Source of the DNA: Chiloscyllium plagiosum
Taxonomy: Eukaryota
Direction: 5' to 3'
DNA: 64,000 nucleotides
NCBI RefSeq assembly: GCF_004010195.1
Contig: NC_057753.1
Coordinates: forward strand, 13,443,979 to 13,507,978
Shown: positions 62,416-64,000 of the stretch, one piece after another
Numbering within the stretch: position 1 is the stretch's first letter
Layout: each line of letters begins with the position of its first letter
The notes under the pieces: generated by a model
The model's database searches: none
Seen by the model: only the letters and a program-made list of their open reading frames with translations
What the model was told of the DNA's origin: nothing
Position numbers and translations under genes: made by a program

Positions 62416-64000
62416 GTTCCCGGTTCGACAGTGAACAACACAGTTTTTAAAATATTTTGACCTTCTGATCTTACACGAGGGACTGAACCCCGATCAGAAA
62501 CAATCTTCGCTTTCTGGGCAAGTGATACATTTGGTTTGATTCAATTGGCTGGTTTCTAGGTCTGACGTCCCCACTGGACCAATCACAGTTAATACAGGAC
62601 CGAATACAGCTGACGCTCTCCAATCTCTTCCCTGGCTCTCTTGCTCACCCTGTTGCTCTTTCTGATACTTTCAGCTATTCTGTCTCCTTTCCCCATTACA
62701 GTATATTTTCTGCAGCGATCGTTCGGTCACTCTTCCGAGAGGTAGATCTGTCTCTGTAGGTCAGATGAAATATGAAATAATTCAAAATTATTTTATTACT
62801 CAGGTCTCATCAAAGTGTACACTCAAGGTCCATAATTAATTGTCACTGTGTGAAGCTCAGCAAGGAAATGACAGGCAGTTATCCACTTCGAAACTGAATT
62901 GTGGTACTAGTGGGGCTGATCGTGTTTTGACAAATTGCTGACTTCAAATTTAAACTATTTTTATCCCACGAATTTTAACATTTTCACCGCATCAATCATT
63001 CCACCAACCAAATTACAGATTATGTCAGGTTTCAAATTTAGATCGGCACCAGATCTGGAACTTTTAGAAGTGAAATTAATTAAGTTACTTACCAAAGACA
63101 TCTTCAAAAGATCCTGATGAATTGTAAGGGAACGATGCCATTCGCCCTTTCGAACTGCTTCCGAAAAGCAGTTTCATGCAGACATAACAACAGTCACACA
63201 CATACACATATATACACACACACGCACACAATCAGAGGCAATATGGAGGGCGACTGATTCAAGGGACGAAAGTACACATTAATCACCAGGAAATTAACTT
63301 GTGCATGAATATCCTTTAGCCATGGGACTTCATGAGGTGTGGAGACAATGCCAAGGATTGTGAGGGCAACTCCCTCCTGATTGCATACTATGGAGTGGCT
63401 CCCTCTGCGCAATCTGTCCTGCGGGTGGGATGGAACATGCCTAGGGAGGGTGATCGTTGTCTCTCAGATGGTGTCTATCAGATATGATTCCATAGTTATG
63501 AGTATGTCAGGCTGTTGCTTGACTAGTCTGTAAGACAGCTCTCCAAATTTGGCACTACTTCCCCACATTTTCGTTAGGACAACTTTGCAGAGTCCACATT
63601 ATTCTTTCTGCTGTTATTTTTTCTGATACCTCGTTCGATGTCATGTAGATCATGCCTTTGTTGAGACTTCAAAGAACTTGATAGACTTGGGTGGCACGAT
63701 GGCCCAATGGTTAGCACTACTACCTCGGAGCACCAGGCACTGGCGCTCAATTCTAGCCTTGGGCAAAATGTCTGTGTTGCAAATTCTCCTGTGTTTGCGT
63801 GGGTTACATCTGGGTGCTCTGGTTTTCTCCTACTATCTAAATATGTGCTGGTTTGGTGAATTGGCCATGGTAAAATAATCCATACTGCTCAAGGATATGT
63901 CAGGGGAGATATAGAGTTATAGGATTGAGTCCGGGTTGGTTACTTTTTGGAGGATGGTTTGGACTTGTTAGGCCAAATAGCCTGTTTTCACACTGCAGGG

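Larger units (their letters stand above)
7910..64000. repeat. Tandem segmental cassettes II 7910-26766, III 26767-46037, IV 46038-64000 (partial cassette I at 1-7909)
   Basis: Same order of spacer blocks, old LINE/SINE relics and V families A,B,C,D recurs; the landmark CACACTGCAGGG ends at 7909, 26766, 46037 and 64000. Confidence 0.93.

Noticed and set aside
1-64000. NARTCR, IgH-like (TAILV/IgHV) V, D, J or C segments
   Set aside because: I saw no 12-bp-spacer RSS, FGxG J motif, C1 domain or IgH/NAR-type V; scanning was by eye, so a short D or J could be missed
1-64000. CRISPR array or prokaryotic system
   Set aside because: Vertebrate intron/exon, LINE/SINE and RSS content; no repeat-spacer array seen

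Overview
Eukaryotic (vertebrate) genomic DNA, inferred to be from a cartilaginous fish (shark) from its HE1-type and SacSINE1-type SINEs, CR1 LINEs and Penelope-like repeats. The window is part of an unrearranged T-cell receptor variable-gene array, most like TCR alpha/delta. It has 14 V segments plus one truncated V fragment, each full segment followed by a heptamer/23-bp spacer/nonamer RSS. No D, J or C segments were seen. The array is a tandem repeat of an 18-19 kb cassette (I partial 1-7909, II 7910-26766, III 26767-46037, IV 46038-64000). Each cassette carries four V families in convergent arrangement: A(+) B(+) then C(-) D(-); cassette I lacks C and D. Ten segments have open frames (A1-A4, B2, B4, C2, C4, D2, D4) and four are disabled (B1, B3, C3, D3). 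Main oddities: family C lacks both the first canonical Cys and the conserved Trp yet keeps leader, frame, promoter CRE and RSS; family A appears to encode leader and V in one exon; family D has YHC instead of YYC, making a perfect embedded heptamer at the V-replacement position; several Penelope-like element ends carry minimal hammerhead-ribozyme cores. Most entries in the ORF track are retroelement debris or microsatellite artefacts. Family names A-D are my own labels, and repeat boundaries were placed by eye and are approximate.
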